Assembly: GCA_964584035.1 (NCBI GenBank)
Contig: CAZOYL010000027.1
Coordinates: 1 to 24,555, forward strand
DNA: 24,555 nt
DNA from: an uncultured Gemmatimonadota bacterium
Lineage (GTDB): Bacteria; SM23-81
Direction: 5' to 3'
Numbering within the stretch: position 1 is the first letter of the stretch; every line of letters starts with the position of its first letter. This document shows positions 1 to 12,091 of this stretch, piece by piece. A program made the position numbers and the translations under genes. The notes beneath the pieces are model-generated. The model was given only the letters and a program-made list of their open reading frames with translations, did no database searches and was not told where the DNA came from.

Positions 1-1100
1 AAGGTGGTCCGGCGGACCACCACCTGGTGACGGTGGTCCACGAACTTTTCCAGCATCTCTTTGAGATTGAGCACCTTTGGACGACCGTCCACCAGCGCCA
101 GCATGATCACTCCGAAGGTCTCCTGCATCTGGGTGTGCTTGTAGAGCAGATTGAGCACGATCTCCGGATCCATTCCCTTGCGCAGCTCGATGACCATTCT
201 CATGCCCTCACGGTCCGACTCATCCCGGAGGTCGCTGATCCCCTCGATCCTCTTGTCGCGGACCAGCTGGGCGATCTTGGACATCAGATTGGCCTTGTTC
301 ACCTGATAGGGAATCTCGCTGACGATGATGCTCTCCTTGCCGGTCTTGGAGGACTCGACCTGGGCAAAGGCCCGCTGGATGACGCGACCGCGGCCGGTGA
401 GATACGCCTCCCTGATCCCGCCGGCGCCGGTGATGATAGAGCCGGTGGGAAAATCAGGACCGCGGATGTATTTCATCAGACCCTCGATGCTGATCTCAGG
501 ATCATCGATCAGGGTGACGATGCCGTCGATCACCTCGGAGAGGTTATGGGGCGGAATGTTGGTGGCCATTCCCACGGCGATGCCCGAACCGCCGTTGACC
601 AGGAGATTGGGCAGGGGCGAGGGAAGCACCGACGGTTCCTTGAGGGTATTGTCGAAATTGGGCGTGAAGTCGACGGTGTCCTTATTCAGATCGACCAGCA
701 ACTGCTCGCCGGCGCGGGACAGGCGCACCTCTGTATACCGCATGGCCGCCGCGCTGTCGCCGTCGACCGATCCGAAATTCCCCTGGCCATCGACCAGGGG
801 ATAGCGCAGGGAGAATTCCTGGACCATACGGACCATGGCGTCGTAGACGGCGGTATCGCCATGGGGATGATATTTGCCCAGCACCTCTCCGACCACCCGG
901 GCGCTCTTCTTGTGAGGGCGATTGGAGGGCAGCCCGAGATCGTTCATGGCATAGAGTATTCGCCGGTGAACCGGCTTGAGCCCGTCACGAACGTCGGGCA
1001 GGGCGCGGGAGACGATGACGCTCATGGAGTAATCGATATACGAGCTCTTCATCTCGTCTTCGATATACACGGGCACGATATTTTGTCTGGGTGTCGTCAC
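1..1100 (-). CDS. gyrA: DNA gyrase subunit A, N-terminal part (runs off the window start)
   Basis: Not in the ORF track. Manual translation from GTG at 1100 gives [52 protein letters not shown]...[18 protein letters not shown]...[10 protein letters not shown] (catalytic Tyr). Lies directly downstream of gyrB. Confidence 0.96.
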   Translation of the reverse strand, partial: MTTPRQNIVPVYIEDEMKSSYIDYSMSVIVSRALPDVRDGLKPVHRRILYAMNDLGLPSNRPHKKSARVVGEVLGKYHPHGDTAVYDAMVRMVQEFSLRYPLVDGQGNFGSVDGDSAAAMRYTEVRLSRAGEQLLVDLNKDTVDFTPNFDNTLKEPSVLPSPLPNLLVNGGSGIAVGMATNIPPHNLSEVIDGIVTLIDDPEISIEGLMKYIRGPDFPTGSIITGAGGIREAYLTGRGRVIQRAFAQVESSKTGKESIIVSEIPYQVNKANLMSKIAQLVRDKRIEGISDLRDESDREGMRMVIELRKGMDPEIVLNLLYKHTQMQETFGVIMLALVDGRPKVLNLKEMLEKFVDHRHQVVVRRTT

Positions 1101-1175
1101 GTGAAACCACTCTTTCTCTACATCAACGGTGAGAATAACGTCATCTTGCGGCCGCAGCGCCTCGATACATTCCGG

Positions 1176-3464
<2,289 letters not shown>

Positions 3465-4589
3465 TCACTCCGGCGGCGAGAGGGTCACCGCTCCGTCGGT
3501 GATGAACATCGTGCCCAGATGACCGCCGCATCCGGCCAGATCGCTTTCCTTGGCCGTGGCGACGAAGATCTGACCAAACCGTTCGAGAAGCTCAAAGAGC
3601 GACCGGGTGCGGTCCACATCCAGCTCGGCAAACACATCGTCCAATAATAAAATAGGGGCTTCTCCCCGGGATGCCTCCAATTGCCGCGCGGCGGCCAGTT
3701 TCAGGGCAATGGCCGCGGTCCGCTGCTGCCCCTGTGATCCGTAGATCCTGAGGCTGTCCCCGTTGACGGTGATGAGCACATCATCACGGTGAGGGCCCAC
3801 CAGGGTGACGCCCAAACGGCTCTCTTTTTCCCGGACCTTGGCCAGCGCTCTCTGAAAACCTTCGGCGATCTGCCGCCCCTCCGTCTCCTCGATGGCCGGC
3901 TGGTAGCTGAGAGCGATCCGTTCACGGCCGCCGGTGATGCGGCGATGAAAATCATCCACCTGCGGATCGATCTGCTCGAGAAACGTTCTCCTTCGCTCGA
4001 CGATGGAAGATCCCAACCGGATCAGCTGCTGGTTCCAGGCCTCCAGCTCATCATCGTCGGCGGCACGCCACCGCCGTCCCGTCCGGGATTTCAGAGCCGT
4101 GTTCCGCTGCTGTACCACCCGGCCGTATTCAACCAGGGAACTCCAGTATGTCGGGCTCAGCTGGCAGAGACAAAAATTCAGCAGCCGCCTGCGATGGCCG
4201 GGCGCACCGGCCACGATGTTCCTGTCTTCCGGAGAAAGCTCGATGATCGAAAGCCGGCCCATCAGGTCTGAGACCTTCCGGCGAACCGATCCATTGATCC
4301 TGAGCTGGCGGGGGCCGTCTTTGATGGATCTGAACTCGATGGTGACGGAGTGCCCCTGCGGGTTCGTTCCGGTTCCTTTCACCAGGAAAAAATCGGTTCC
4401 CCGTCGAAGCAGCTCCTCCTCGCCGGCCCCTCTCTGGGACCGGGCCGTGGCCAGATAGTGTATTGCCTCGATGAGATTGGTCTTTCCCTGAGCATTGCCC
4501 CCTAAAAAGAGCTGTCCCGAGGAATCGAATTCCAGATCCAGCGACCGGTAGCTGCGGAAATTTCTCAATGAAAAGGATTGCAGATGCAC
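3465..4589 (-). CDS. recF: DNA replication and repair protein RecF
   Basis: NFRSY start, Walker A GGNAQGKTN, GPHRDD, SQGQQR signature, Walker B LLLDDVFAELD; synteny. Confidence 0.97.
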   Translation of the reverse strand: MHLQSFSLRNFRSYRSLDLEFDSSGQLFLGGNAQGKTNLIEAIHYLATARSQRGAGEEELLRRGTDFFLVKGTGTNPQGHSVTIEFRSIKDGPRQLRINGSVRRKVSDLMGRLSIIELSPEDRNIVAGAPGHRRRLLNFCLCQLSPTYWSSLVEYGRVVQQRNTALKSRTGRRWRAADDDELEAWNQQLIRLGSSIVERRRTFLEQIDPQVDDFHRRITGGRERIALSYQPAIEETEGRQIAEGFQRALAKVREKESRLGVTLVGPHRDDVLITVNGDSLRIYGSQGQQRTAAIALKLAAARQLEASRGEAPILLLDDVFAELDVDRTRSLFELLERFGQIFVATAKESDLAGCGGHLGTMFITDGAVTLSPPE

Positions 4590-4621
4590 ATCTCTTCTCC
4601 CCGGGCTGTGTTGTGCAGCGT

Positions 4622-5773
4622 CTATTCGCTGGATTCGTCCGTCAGCCTCAGGGGCATGATCAGGCAGAGATATTCCTCACCCTCCGGTTGCTGGGATGGT
4701 TTCACCAGTCCGGCCCTGATCGGGGTGGAAAGCTCAAAGACCACCTCGGGGCTATCCATGTGTCTCATGATTTCCATGATATAATGGGCGTTGTAACCGA
4801 TCTGCAGATCATCGCCCTGGTATTCCGTCTCTTTTTTCTCCAGTTCCATCTTGGCCTCTCCGCCCAGATCGCGATCCGAGGCCGTGAGAATCACCCGTTT
4901 GGTCGAGAGATCGAATTTTACCTGATGAGTCAGCGCGTTCGACAGTGTCGACACGCTGCGCATGGCGCTGTGGATCGTTTCCCTGCCGACCCGTAATTGC
5001 TTGTCATTATCCTTGGGGATAACCTGCTCGAAGTCGGGATACGGCCCCTCGATGAGGCGGGAATAGAGCGTGGTGCTGTCGAGAGAGAAGATAACCTGGT
5101 TTTCCATAATGTTCATCTTGACGGCGTTATCCTCCTCGCCGAACAAACGCAATAGATGATTCAGTGTCTTGGCGGGAATGATGATGTCGGTCGCCGTCAG
5201 TTCGGCCGAAGCCTGTCCGGTTGACTTCATGGATTCAGAAATCTTGGCGAGACGATGACCGTCGGTGGCCACCATGACCATTCGCTCGCTTTCGATGTGC
5301 CAGAGAACGCCCTGCAGGGCCGGACGGGTTTCATCTTTGGAGGTGGAATACAGGGTGTGGTGAATCATCCGGGACAGGAGGCTCTGTTTCAGATCCAGCG
5401 TCTGCCCTTTGATCGCCTCGGGGAAGGGAGGAAAATCTTCGCTGTCCATGCCGGCCAGACCGAAGGTGCCTTTCCCGCAGGCGATCCTGGTCTTGGTTCC
5501 ATCGGCCGTGAAGTGAATATCAGCATCGGGCAGCTCGCGGATGATCTCGGCCAACTTTTTCGCGGGGAGAGCGATGGCTCCGTCCTCCCCCTCGGAGATG
5601 GAGACTTGCGTCCGGACGGAGGTATCCAGATCGGTGGCATAGAGCGATAGTTCCTGGCCCTTCAATTGCATCAGGATATTGGCGATGATGGGCAGGGTCG
5701 CCCGGGGGGAGACGACGTTCAAAACAGACTGGACGGCCGGAAGAAATTCGGAACGGGCAACGGTGAATTTCAT
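4622..5773 (-). CDS. dnaN: DNA polymerase III beta sliding clamp
   Basis: ATDLD, MVATDGHRL, SRLIEGPYPDFEQVIP and IMPLRL motifs. Start moved to ATG 5773 (MKFTV) after a GGAGG SD. Confidence 0.97.
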   Translation of the reverse strand: MKFTVARSEFLPAVQSVLNVVSPRATLPIIANILMQLKGQELSLYATDLDTSVRTQVSISEGEDGAIALPAKKLAEIIRELPDADIHFTADGTKTRIACGKGTFGLAGMDSEDFPPFPEAIKGQTLDLKQSLLSRMIHHTLYSTSKDETRPALQGVLWHIESERMVMVATDGHRLAKISESMKSTGQASAELTATDIIIPAKTLNHLLRLFGEEDNAVKMNIMENQVIFSLDSTTLYSRLIEGPYPDFEQVIPKDNDKQLRVGRETIHSAMRSVSTLSNALTHQVKFDLSTKRVILTASDRDLGGEAKMELEKKETEYQGDDLQIGYNAHYIMEIMRHMDSPEVVFELSTPIRAGLVKPSQQPEGEEYLCLIMPLRLTDESSE

Positions 5774-6288
5774 GGTTCCTCCAAGGATCGAAAAGAAAAG
5801 ATCCATACTGAAAACAGCATTTTTCAGTCTCTGAAAATCTCTCCAAGTATACCAAAAATAGACCGTAAAATCAAGAGAAAAAACACCCCATTTTCCTTAC
5901 AGCCAGGCGGGTTTTTGGAAATTCTAGGGGATCGAAAATCTTTCCTTTCGCCGGGTCTTATGCACAGATGTTTTTTAATAACTAGAGGGGAGAGAACTCT
6001 AGCAGTAGTAATAGGCCCTGTGATGATGTGGATAATGATCTTGCGGCGCGGGCTCATCGTCCTCGTGACGGGGATCGGGATGAAAAGTGAGGAAAAAAGG
6101 CGGTGAGAATATCCGGTGGATAACGTCTTTGTTATTCACATCGTCTGCAGAGCGAAAGAAAATATCTCAGAGAAAAGAAACCATTCCACAGTTTGTGCAC
6201 ACAGTTATCTACCAGAGGCGGCAGGGAGCGGATCTCTCCGGTCCGACGATACCAGCAGGATTTTTCAACTGACATTTTTCGTTAGACC
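5774..6288. other. oriC, dnaA-dnaN part: DnaA boxes plus unwinding element
   Basis: AT-rich intergenic region. Boxes: TTATGCACA 5958-5966, TGTGGATAA 6027-6035, GGTGGATAA 6115-6123, TTATTCACA 6132-6140, weaker ones at 6182-6190, 6193-6201 and 6205-6213. Trio-like run TAG CAG TAG TAA TAG at 6000-6014. Confidence 0.9.
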
Positions 6289-7629
6289 TTAACCGTTCAG
6301 GGCTCGAAACAGGTCTTTGATCGTCGTCTTGATCTGTTGATCTTTTTCCTGCAGCTGCTCGACGATGCGGCAGGCATGAATGACGGTGGTATGATCGCGG
6401 CCGCCGAACTTCGATCCGATGGTCACCAGGGAATAGTTGGTCAGCTCCCTGGTCAGATACATGGCGATCTGACGCGCCAGGGCCACCTCTCTGGTTTTTT
6501 TCTTGGCCGTCATCAGATGAACGGCGATATTGAGATGCTCGGCGACGACCTTCTGGATGTGTTCCACCGACTTCTCGTTCTTCTTCTTGTCCACCAGGTC
6601 TTTGATCACATCTCTGGCCAGGTTCACCGATATATCCTTGCCGGTCAGAGAGGAATAGGCCAGCAGGCGGATGATGGAGCCTTCCAGATCTCGGATGTTG
6701 CTGGTGATGTTGTTGGCGATATAGGTGGTCACCTCGGAAGGGATGGACAGACCGTCGTTCTCGGCCTTCTTTTGCAGGATGGCGATCCTGGTTTCAAGAT
6801 CCGGAGCCTGGATATCGGCGATGAGACCCCATTGAAAACGGGACAGAAGCCGCTCCTCCAGGCCGCGGATCTCTTTGGGTGCCCGGTCCGATGACAGCAC
6901 GATCTGCTTGCCCTTCTGATGCAGGGTATTGAAGGTGTGAAAGAACTCCTCCTGAGTGCGTTCTTTATCGGAGAAGAACTGAATGTCGTCCACCAGCAGG
7001 ACATCGACATTTCGATAGCGATTGCTGAATTCGCTGGTCCGATTGTTCTGAATGGAGTCGATGAAATCGATGGTAAATTTCTCTGAGGAGACGTACATCA
7101 GGCTGTTGGCGGTGCTCTGTTCGGCCACGAAATGACCGATGGCCTGGATCAGATGGGTTTTTCCCAGCCCGACGCCGCCGTATATAACCATGGGATTGAA
7201 GGATGTTTTTCCGGGCGCCTCGGCCACGGCCAGCGAGGCGGCATGCGCGAACTGGTTACAGTCACCTACGACGAAGTTGGTAAACGTATATCTGGAATTC
7301 AGCTGTTCTGCGCCGGAAGTTTTCGGGAGAGGACGAGGCTGGGTCTCCTGACGGGGGACGATATTGGTCAGAAAGGTGCCCTTTTCCGAGGAGACCGAGA
7401 AGGTGATGGACGGAGTATTTCCCGTCACCTGCTGGAAAGCATCCTGAATATGATAGATGTAATGCTGCTCGATCCATTCGGAAAAGAAAGCGTTGGGCAC
7501 CTTGATGACGGCAGCATTCTGTGAATAGGAAAGAACTTCTGTGGGCCGGAGCCATGTTTCATAGCTCTGCCGAGGAATTTTTTCCCGGATGGTTTCCAGA
7601 CACTGCGACCAGATCTCCGCCGAGCTCAC
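6289..7629 (-). CDS. dnaA: Chromosomal replication initiator DnaA
   Basis: YTFTNFVVG, Walker A GGVGLGKTHL, LLVDDIQF, QEEFFHTFN, domain IV FGGRDHTTVIHA. Start placed at GTG 7629 (MSSAEIW) after an AGGAG SD; the ORF-track start 7692 lies beside a DnaA box and is unlikely. Confidence 0.97.
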   Translation of the reverse strand: MSSAEIWSQCLETIREKIPRQSYETWLRPTEVLSYSQNAAVIKVPNAFFSEWIEQHYIYHIQDAFQQVTGNTPSITFSVSSEKGTFLTNIVPRQETQPRPLPKTSGAEQLNSRYTFTNFVVGDCNQFAHAASLAVAEAPGKTSFNPMVIYGGVGLGKTHLIQAIGHFVAEQSTANSLMYVSSEKFTIDFIDSIQNNRTSEFSNRYRNVDVLLVDDIQFFSDKERTQEEFFHTFNTLHQKGKQIVLSSDRAPKEIRGLEERLLSRFQWGLIADIQAPDLETRIAILQKKAENDGLSIPSEVTTYIANNITSNIRDLEGSIIRLLAYSSLTGKDISVNLARDVIKDLVDKKKNEKSVEHIQKVVAEHLNIAVHLMTAKKKTREVALARQIAMYLTRELTNYSLVTIGSKFGGRDHTTVIHACRIVEQLQEKDQQIKTTIKDLFRALNG

Positions 7630-7679
7630 CTGAAAGGTTCTCCTGTTCACTCCCTGGAAGGGGCACGGGGGGTAAAAAG

Positions 7680-7898
7680 TTATCCACAGCACAGAGAAAA
7701 CGGCCCGGGAGGTGAAAAAGCGGCATCTTGGCGGAGGGCCGGAACGTTCGGGTACGATCAGCGAACAAAACCGCTTGCTGAACGCAACTTTTATTTAGGA
7801 AAAGAATTACGAAGTCGCCGGAGCAAAAAGAGGATGGCTGGGAGGCCGTGGAGAGAAGACGCGGGATGAGGCCCAGAGTTATCCACAAGTTATCCACA
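7680..7898. promoter_or_regulatory. DnaA boxes upstream of dnaA (oriC upstream part / autoregulatory operator)
   Basis: Perfect TTATCCACA at 7680-7688, plus a tandem pair at 7879-7887 and 7890-7898. Confidence 0.9.
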
Positions 7899-7921
7899 AC
7901 ACGCCACTTATTGGCGCACCC

Positions 7922-7950
7922 AATGTAATAGGTCGGCGGGGAGATGTCAA
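7922..7950 (-). promoter_or_regulatory. Putative sigma70 promoter of dnaA
   Basis: Minus strand TTGACA (7950-7945), 17 bp spacer, TACATT (7927-7922). Confidence 0.7.
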
Positions 7951-8031
7951 GGGAAAAAACAGATCTGTAGAAAAAAAAGTGATATCTCAGACAGAACGGC
8001 GCCGCGGATGAGGGACCGGCTTAAAAAAGTC

Positions 8032-8060
8032 TTGACAATAGAACGACACACCGCTATATT
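8032..8060 (+). promoter_or_regulatory. Putative sigma70 promoter of the rpmH operon
   Basis: TTGACA 8032-8037, 17 bp spacer, TATATT 8055-8060, with an upstream A-tract (UP-like). Confidence 0.8.
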
Positions 8061-8110
8061 TTGGGATTGCCCTTGAAATTACTGCAAATTTCCGACGAAA
8101 GGGAGGTTCT

Positions 8111-8245
8111 GTGAAACGAACATTTCAGCCGAGCAATAGAAAGAAGAAAAGTGACCACGGATTTCGAAAGCGAATGAGCACCAAGAGCGGGCGAGCCGTT
8201 CTCAAAAGACGGCGAGCGAAGGGGCGCAAGCGCTTATCACACTGA
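8111..8245 (+). CDS. rpmH: 50S ribosomal protein L34
   Basis: Too short for the ORF track. GGGAGG SD, GTG start, [44 protein letters not shown]. Confidence 0.97.
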   Translation: MKRTFQPSNRKKKSDHGFRKRMSTKSGRAVLKRRRAKGRKRLSH

Positions 8246-8270
8246 TAGTTAACAAGTTAAAGGTGGAGAT

Positions 8271-8672
8271 ACGCCGACAAATAAAAGGGTTTCAAAAAGG
8301 CTTTCAAAATCCGAATGGATCCGTCTGGTTCTGGCTCAGGGAGAATCCGCCGTCGGGCAGTTCCTCGTCCTGCGGTTCATGAAGGGGACGGTTGAGGAGA
8401 CAGACACCGCCTATATGGTTTCCCGGAAGATCGGTCAGGCCGTCGAGAGAAATAAGGTCAAAAGAAGGATCCGCGAGCTGTTTCGGACCCGAATGCGCGC
8501 CTCCGCGGCTCCCGGCCGCTACCTGTTTATCGCCAGAACCTCCTGCTCTCAGGCCACTTTCAAGCAACTCGAGAACGATATGGCCGCCCTCATGGAGCGC
8601 GCTGACGCCATGAGGACGGCACAGATACCGGAGAATGGCCGCCTGGCGCCATTGGAACCCCCAAAGAAATAG
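8271..8672 (+). CDS. rnpA: Ribonuclease P protein component (start uncertain; proposed ACG at 8271)
   Basis: RNR-type motif VSRKIGQAVERNKVKRRIRE; lies between rpmH and yidD. The open frame upstream of ATG 8379 encodes the RnpA-like N-terminus KRLSKSEWIRLVLAQGESAVGQFLVLRF. Confidence 0.85.
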   Translation, partial: TPTNKRVSKRLSKSEWIRLVLAQGESAVGQFLVLRFMKGTVEETDTAYMVSRKIGQAVERNKVKRRIRELFRTRMRASAAPGRYLFIARTSCSQATFKQLENDMAALMERADAMRTAQIPENGRLAPLEPPKK

Positions 8673-8678
8673 GAATCC

Positions 8679-8891
8679 ATGTTGACCAGAGCCACCATTT
8701 ATTTCATCACGATATATCGAACCATTCTCTCGCCCCTGTTTCCCGCCAGTTGCCGTTTTTATCCCTCCTGCTCACAATACGCCACCGAGGCGCTCGCCAG
8801 GTACGGTTTCTCCAAGGGATTATGGCTGTCGCTGCGCAGAGTGCTGCGTTGCCATCCCTTTCATCCGGGTGGCTATGACCCAGTCCAATAA
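8679..8891 (+). CDS. yidD: Membrane protein insertion efficiency factor YidD
   Basis: [11 protein letters not shown]...[14 protein letters not shown] signature. Confidence 0.96.
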   Translation: MLTRATIYFITIYRTILSPLFPASCRFYPSCSQYATEALARYGFSKGLWLSLRRVLRCHPFHPGGYDPVQ

Positions 8892-8914
8892 CATCTTCTC
8901 ACCGTGGAGGCAAT

Positions 8915-10660
8915 GTGGACAAGAGAACTGTTGGGGCCATTGTGCTGATTGGTCTCATTCTGATCATCAGTAACACATCCTGGTATCGGCGGATGGTTGG
9001 CGTACCTCAAAAACAACAAGCTGAAAGACAAGAGGTTACGTCTCAACGGGAGATGATCGCCGACGAGCCGGAGATTCCGGAGACGGACCTGACGGCATCC
9101 CCGGCGCCGCCGCCGGAGGTCGACCGGCAGGCCGTTCTCGGAATCGACGCATCCGCCAGGGTGGAGGCCAAAACGGTGACGGTTCTGAGCCAGCTCTTTC
9201 ACGGGGCGATCGACACCCGGGGCGGACTGTTGACCAGCTGGGAGGTCAAGCCCAAGAAGCAGGATCCAGCCCAACAGGATTGGGTGGTCCTGCTTCCGGA
9301 GGATGCCCCGAAGGGGGGTCTGGGGCTGGTCCTGGGCCTTGACGATGGGCCGGTCGGGCTCGATGCTCTGGTCTTCGAGAGCGATGTCGACAGCCTCGTT
9401 CTGTCTCCGGAACGTCCCCGGGGAACGGTCGTTCTGACGGCCAAAACAGACCGGGGGCTGCGCGTGGAGAAGACGTTTGTCTTTGATAACGGAAGGCATG
9501 ATTTCGAATTGCGAATTGCTATCGAGGGCGCCGATGTTCTCGGAGAGGTCAGGAATTATGCCCTCTGGTGGCGCCCGGGTCTGCCGACCACCGAGGAGAA
9601 CTACAGGGACGATCTGCGCGCCTTCGCCGCTCACACCATGATGGGCGACGTCGTCGAAAAGACGGCTATGAAAGGGCAAACCATCAAGGACAGCAGTTTT
9701 ACCGGCGACACAAGATGGCTGGCCATACAGACGAAATATTTTCTCATGGCCATGATACCGCCGGCCGGGGTCGATGGCATCGGGGCCGAGTTGCGGGGCA
9801 GCTATCAGCAGGAAAACAAAGATAAGGGCCTGAAGGAGAACAAGATCATCGCCGGAGGCATTCTCATGCCCGTGGACGGAGGGCGATGTGACCACCGCTG
9901 GACCATCTACCTGGGCCCCATGGATTACTTCGCCCTCAAGGATTTCGGGATCGGGCTGGAGCGGACCGTCTACCTGGGCCGCTCGGTCCTGCGGTGGATC
10001 GGGATGATCATCTTGCAGGCTTTTGTTACTCTCTACCGGGTGCTGCCGAACTATGGGGTGGTTATCATCATCTTTTCCATCATCGTGAAGATCATTTTTT
10101 ACCCCCTGACCCGCAAGAGCATGGCATCGATTCGAAAGATGCAGGAACTGCAGCCGGAGATCAAGAAGCTGCAGGAGAAATACAAGAAGGAACCGGCCAA
10201 GCTGCAGAAGGCCACCATGGAGCTGTACCGCAAATACAGCGTCAATCCGGCCTCGGGCTGCTTTCCGATGCTGTTGCAGATGCCGGTCTTTTTCGCCATG
10301 TATGCCGTTTTCCGCAATACCATCGAGCTTCGCGGGGCCAGCTTTCTATGGATCAAGGACCTGTCGGCCCCCGATACCATTCTGAAGCTGTCCAGCAAGC
10401 TGCCTCTGTATGGCGATAAGGTGAACATCTTGCCCATCGTCATGGCCGTGACCATGTTTTTTCAGCAGAAGAAGTCCATGAGAGATCCAAAACAAGCTTA
10501 CATGGTCTATATCATGCCGTTATTCCTGTTCTTCATCTTCAACAATATCTCCTCCGGACTGGTCCTGTACTGGACCATGTTCAATCTGCTGCAGCTTCTG
10601 CAGGAGAGCCTTCATCCCCATAAGCCGACCGTGATCGTCTCGGAAGGGGAAACGCAGTGA
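8915..10660 (+). CDS. yidC: Membrane protein insertase YidC (long form with periplasmic domain)
   Basis: N-terminal TM, large periplasmic domain, NYGVVII, KMQELQPEI, NPASGCFPMLLQMPVF, WIKDLSAPD, GLVLYW. Confidence 0.96.
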   Translation: MDKRTVGAIVLIGLILIISNTSWYRRMVGVPQKQQAERQEVTSQREMIADEPEIPETDLTASPAPPPEVDRQAVLGIDASARVEAKTVTVLSQLFHGAIDTRGGLLTSWEVKPKKQDPAQQDWVVLLPEDAPKGGLGLVLGLDDGPVGLDALVFESDVDSLVLSPERPRGTVVLTAKTDRGLRVEKTFVFDNGRHDFELRIAIEGADVLGEVRNYALWWRPGLPTTEENYRDDLRAFAAHTMMGDVVEKTAMKGQTIKDSSFTGDTRWLAIQTKYFLMAMIPPAGVDGIGAELRGSYQQENKDKGLKENKIIAGGILMPVDGGRCDHRWTIYLGPMDYFALKDFGIGLERTVYLGRSVLRWIGMIILQAFVTLYRVLPNYGVVIIIFSIIVKIIFYPLTRKSMASIRKMQELQPEIKKLQEKYKKEPAKLQKATMELYRKYSVNPASGCFPMLLQMPVFFAMYAVFRNTIELRGASFLWIKDLSAPDTILKLSSKLPLYGDKVNILPIVMAVTMFFQQKKSMRDPKQAYMVYIMPLFLFFIFNNISSGLVLYWTMFNLLQLLQESLHPHKPTVIVSEGETQ

Positions 10661-10693
10661 GGTCTTTGCCCGCTGGTCGAGCGACCTGCCATC

Positions 10694-12091
10694 ATGAAAA
10701 AACCTGAGCCAGACCGCAGCGGCGATACCATCGCCGCCATCTCGACCCCGCCTGGCGAGGGCGCCCTGGCCATCGTGAGAATGACCGGATGTCAAGCCAT
10801 CCCCATGGCCGATGGGATCTTTCAGGGCAAACGGGCACTCCGCGAGGCGGCCTCGCACACCGTCCATCACGGCCTGATCATCGATCCTCGGGGCGGCCGG
10901 GCGATCGACGATGTCCTGCTGTCCGTAATGCGGGCCCCGGGGACCTATACCGGCGAGGACATGATCGAGATCAGCTGCCACGGGAGCCTGTTGTTGACCG
11001 CTAAAGTCCTCCAGCTGCTTCTCCGGCAGGGCGCCCGGCTGGCCGCTCCGGGGGAGTTCACCAGGAGAGCCTATCTCAACGGACGCATGGACTTGCTTCA
11101 AGCAGAGGCGGTCGCGGAGGTGATCCGCTCAAAGACCGATGCCGGCCTGGAGGCGGCCCAGCGGCAGCTCAGAGGGGGATGTTCCGACCGGCTGAAGAGC
11201 ATTCGCCAGGACCTGATCGAATCCCTGGCGCTGGTGGAGGCGGGACTGGACTTTTCCGATCAGGAGCTGCCCGAGGATCTCGCCGGGCGGGCCGGCGAGC
11301 CATTATTGAGGTCACGGGAGGTGCTCTCGAAGTTATTGCAGGGCGCCCAGCTGGGACGACAGCTGCGGGAGGGATTCACCGTGGCGCTGGTGGGGCGTCC
11401 CAATGTGGGGAAATCAAGTTTGTTCAATGCCCTGTTGGGCTCCGACCGGGCTATCGTGGCGCCTGCGCCGGGAACCACACGGGATACCGTTTCAGAGCAG
11501 ATCTCCTTGAAAAACCTGCCCGTCAGGCTGGTCGATACCGCCGGGCTGCACGCTGCCGCCGAGCAGCTGGGCCAGGAGGGCGTCCGAAGAACGCGACAGC
11601 AGATGGATACGGCCGATCTGCTGATCGTCATTCTGGACGGCTCCGAACCGCTTCAACCACAAGATATGGAAATACTCGAGGAGACAAAGGGGCAAAAGGG
11701 CCTGGTCCTGATCAATAAGATCGATCTGCCCCGGATGCTGGCCGGCCGGGACGTGGACAGAACGGCCGGCTCGCGGACGCGCATCGAGGCCTCAGCCAAG
11801 CGGGGAGATGGTATCGATGCAGCCGCGGAGGTCATCGGCGCGGCGCTCCGTAACGGTCACGGCAACGGCGCAGAAAGCCCGCTGGTGGCCACCTTGAGGC
11901 ATCAGGAGATCCTGCGCCGGGCGTTGGAGGCGGTCCAGCGAGCCTGTCGGGAGATGAGCGCCGGCGCCGGAGAGGAGCTGGTCGCCGAGGATATTCGCGG
12001 CGCGCTGAGCGCTATGGCCGAGATGACCGGGCCGGCCGGCGGCCAGGAGGTGCTGGACCGGATCTTTGATACCTTTTGTGTGGGCAAGTGA
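10694..12091 (+). CDS. mnmE: tRNA modification GTPase MnmE (TrmE)
   Basis: DTIAAISTPPG, TYTGEDMIEISCHG, PGEFTRRAYLNG, GRPNVGKSS, GTTRD, DTAG, NKID, C-terminal FCVGK. Confidence 0.97.
   Translation: MKKPEPDRSGDTIAAISTPPGEGALAIVRMTGCQAIPMADGIFQGKRALREAASHTVHHGLIIDPRGGRAIDDVLLSVMRAPGTYTGEDMIEISCHGSLLLTAKVLQLLLRQGARLAAPGEFTRRAYLNGRMDLLQAEAVAEVIRSKTDAGLEAAQRQLRGGCSDRLKSIRQDLIESLALVEAGLDFSDQELPEDLAGRAGEPLLRSREVLSKLLQGAQLGRQLREGFTVALVGRPNVGKSSLFNALLGSDRAIVAPAPGTTRDTVSEQISLKNLPVRLVDTAGLHAAAEQLGQEGVRRTRQQMDTADLLIVILDGSEPLQPQDMEILEETKGQKGLVLINKIDLPRMLAGRDVDRTAGSRTRIEASAKRGDGIDAAAEVIGAALRNGHGNGAESPLVATLRHQEILRRALEAVQRACREMSAGAGEELVAEDIRGALSAMAEMTGPAGGQEVLDRIFDTFCVGK

Noticed and set aside
725..870. GyrA intein site and quinolone-resistance region
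   Set aside because: MRYTEVRL is uninterrupted (no intein); Thr at the Ser83-equivalent position is a common natural variant.
1093..1108. parS-like GTCGTCACGTGAAACC over the gyrA start codon
   Set aside because: Only 11/16 match with one arm broken; at best a half-site.
5824..6272. Small ORFs in the dnaA-dnaN gap (5824-6057 -, 5666-6106 +, 6087-6272 +)
   Set aside because: They run through DnaA boxes and trios (giving translations such as WIT and IHI) and show no protein similarity I can recognise.
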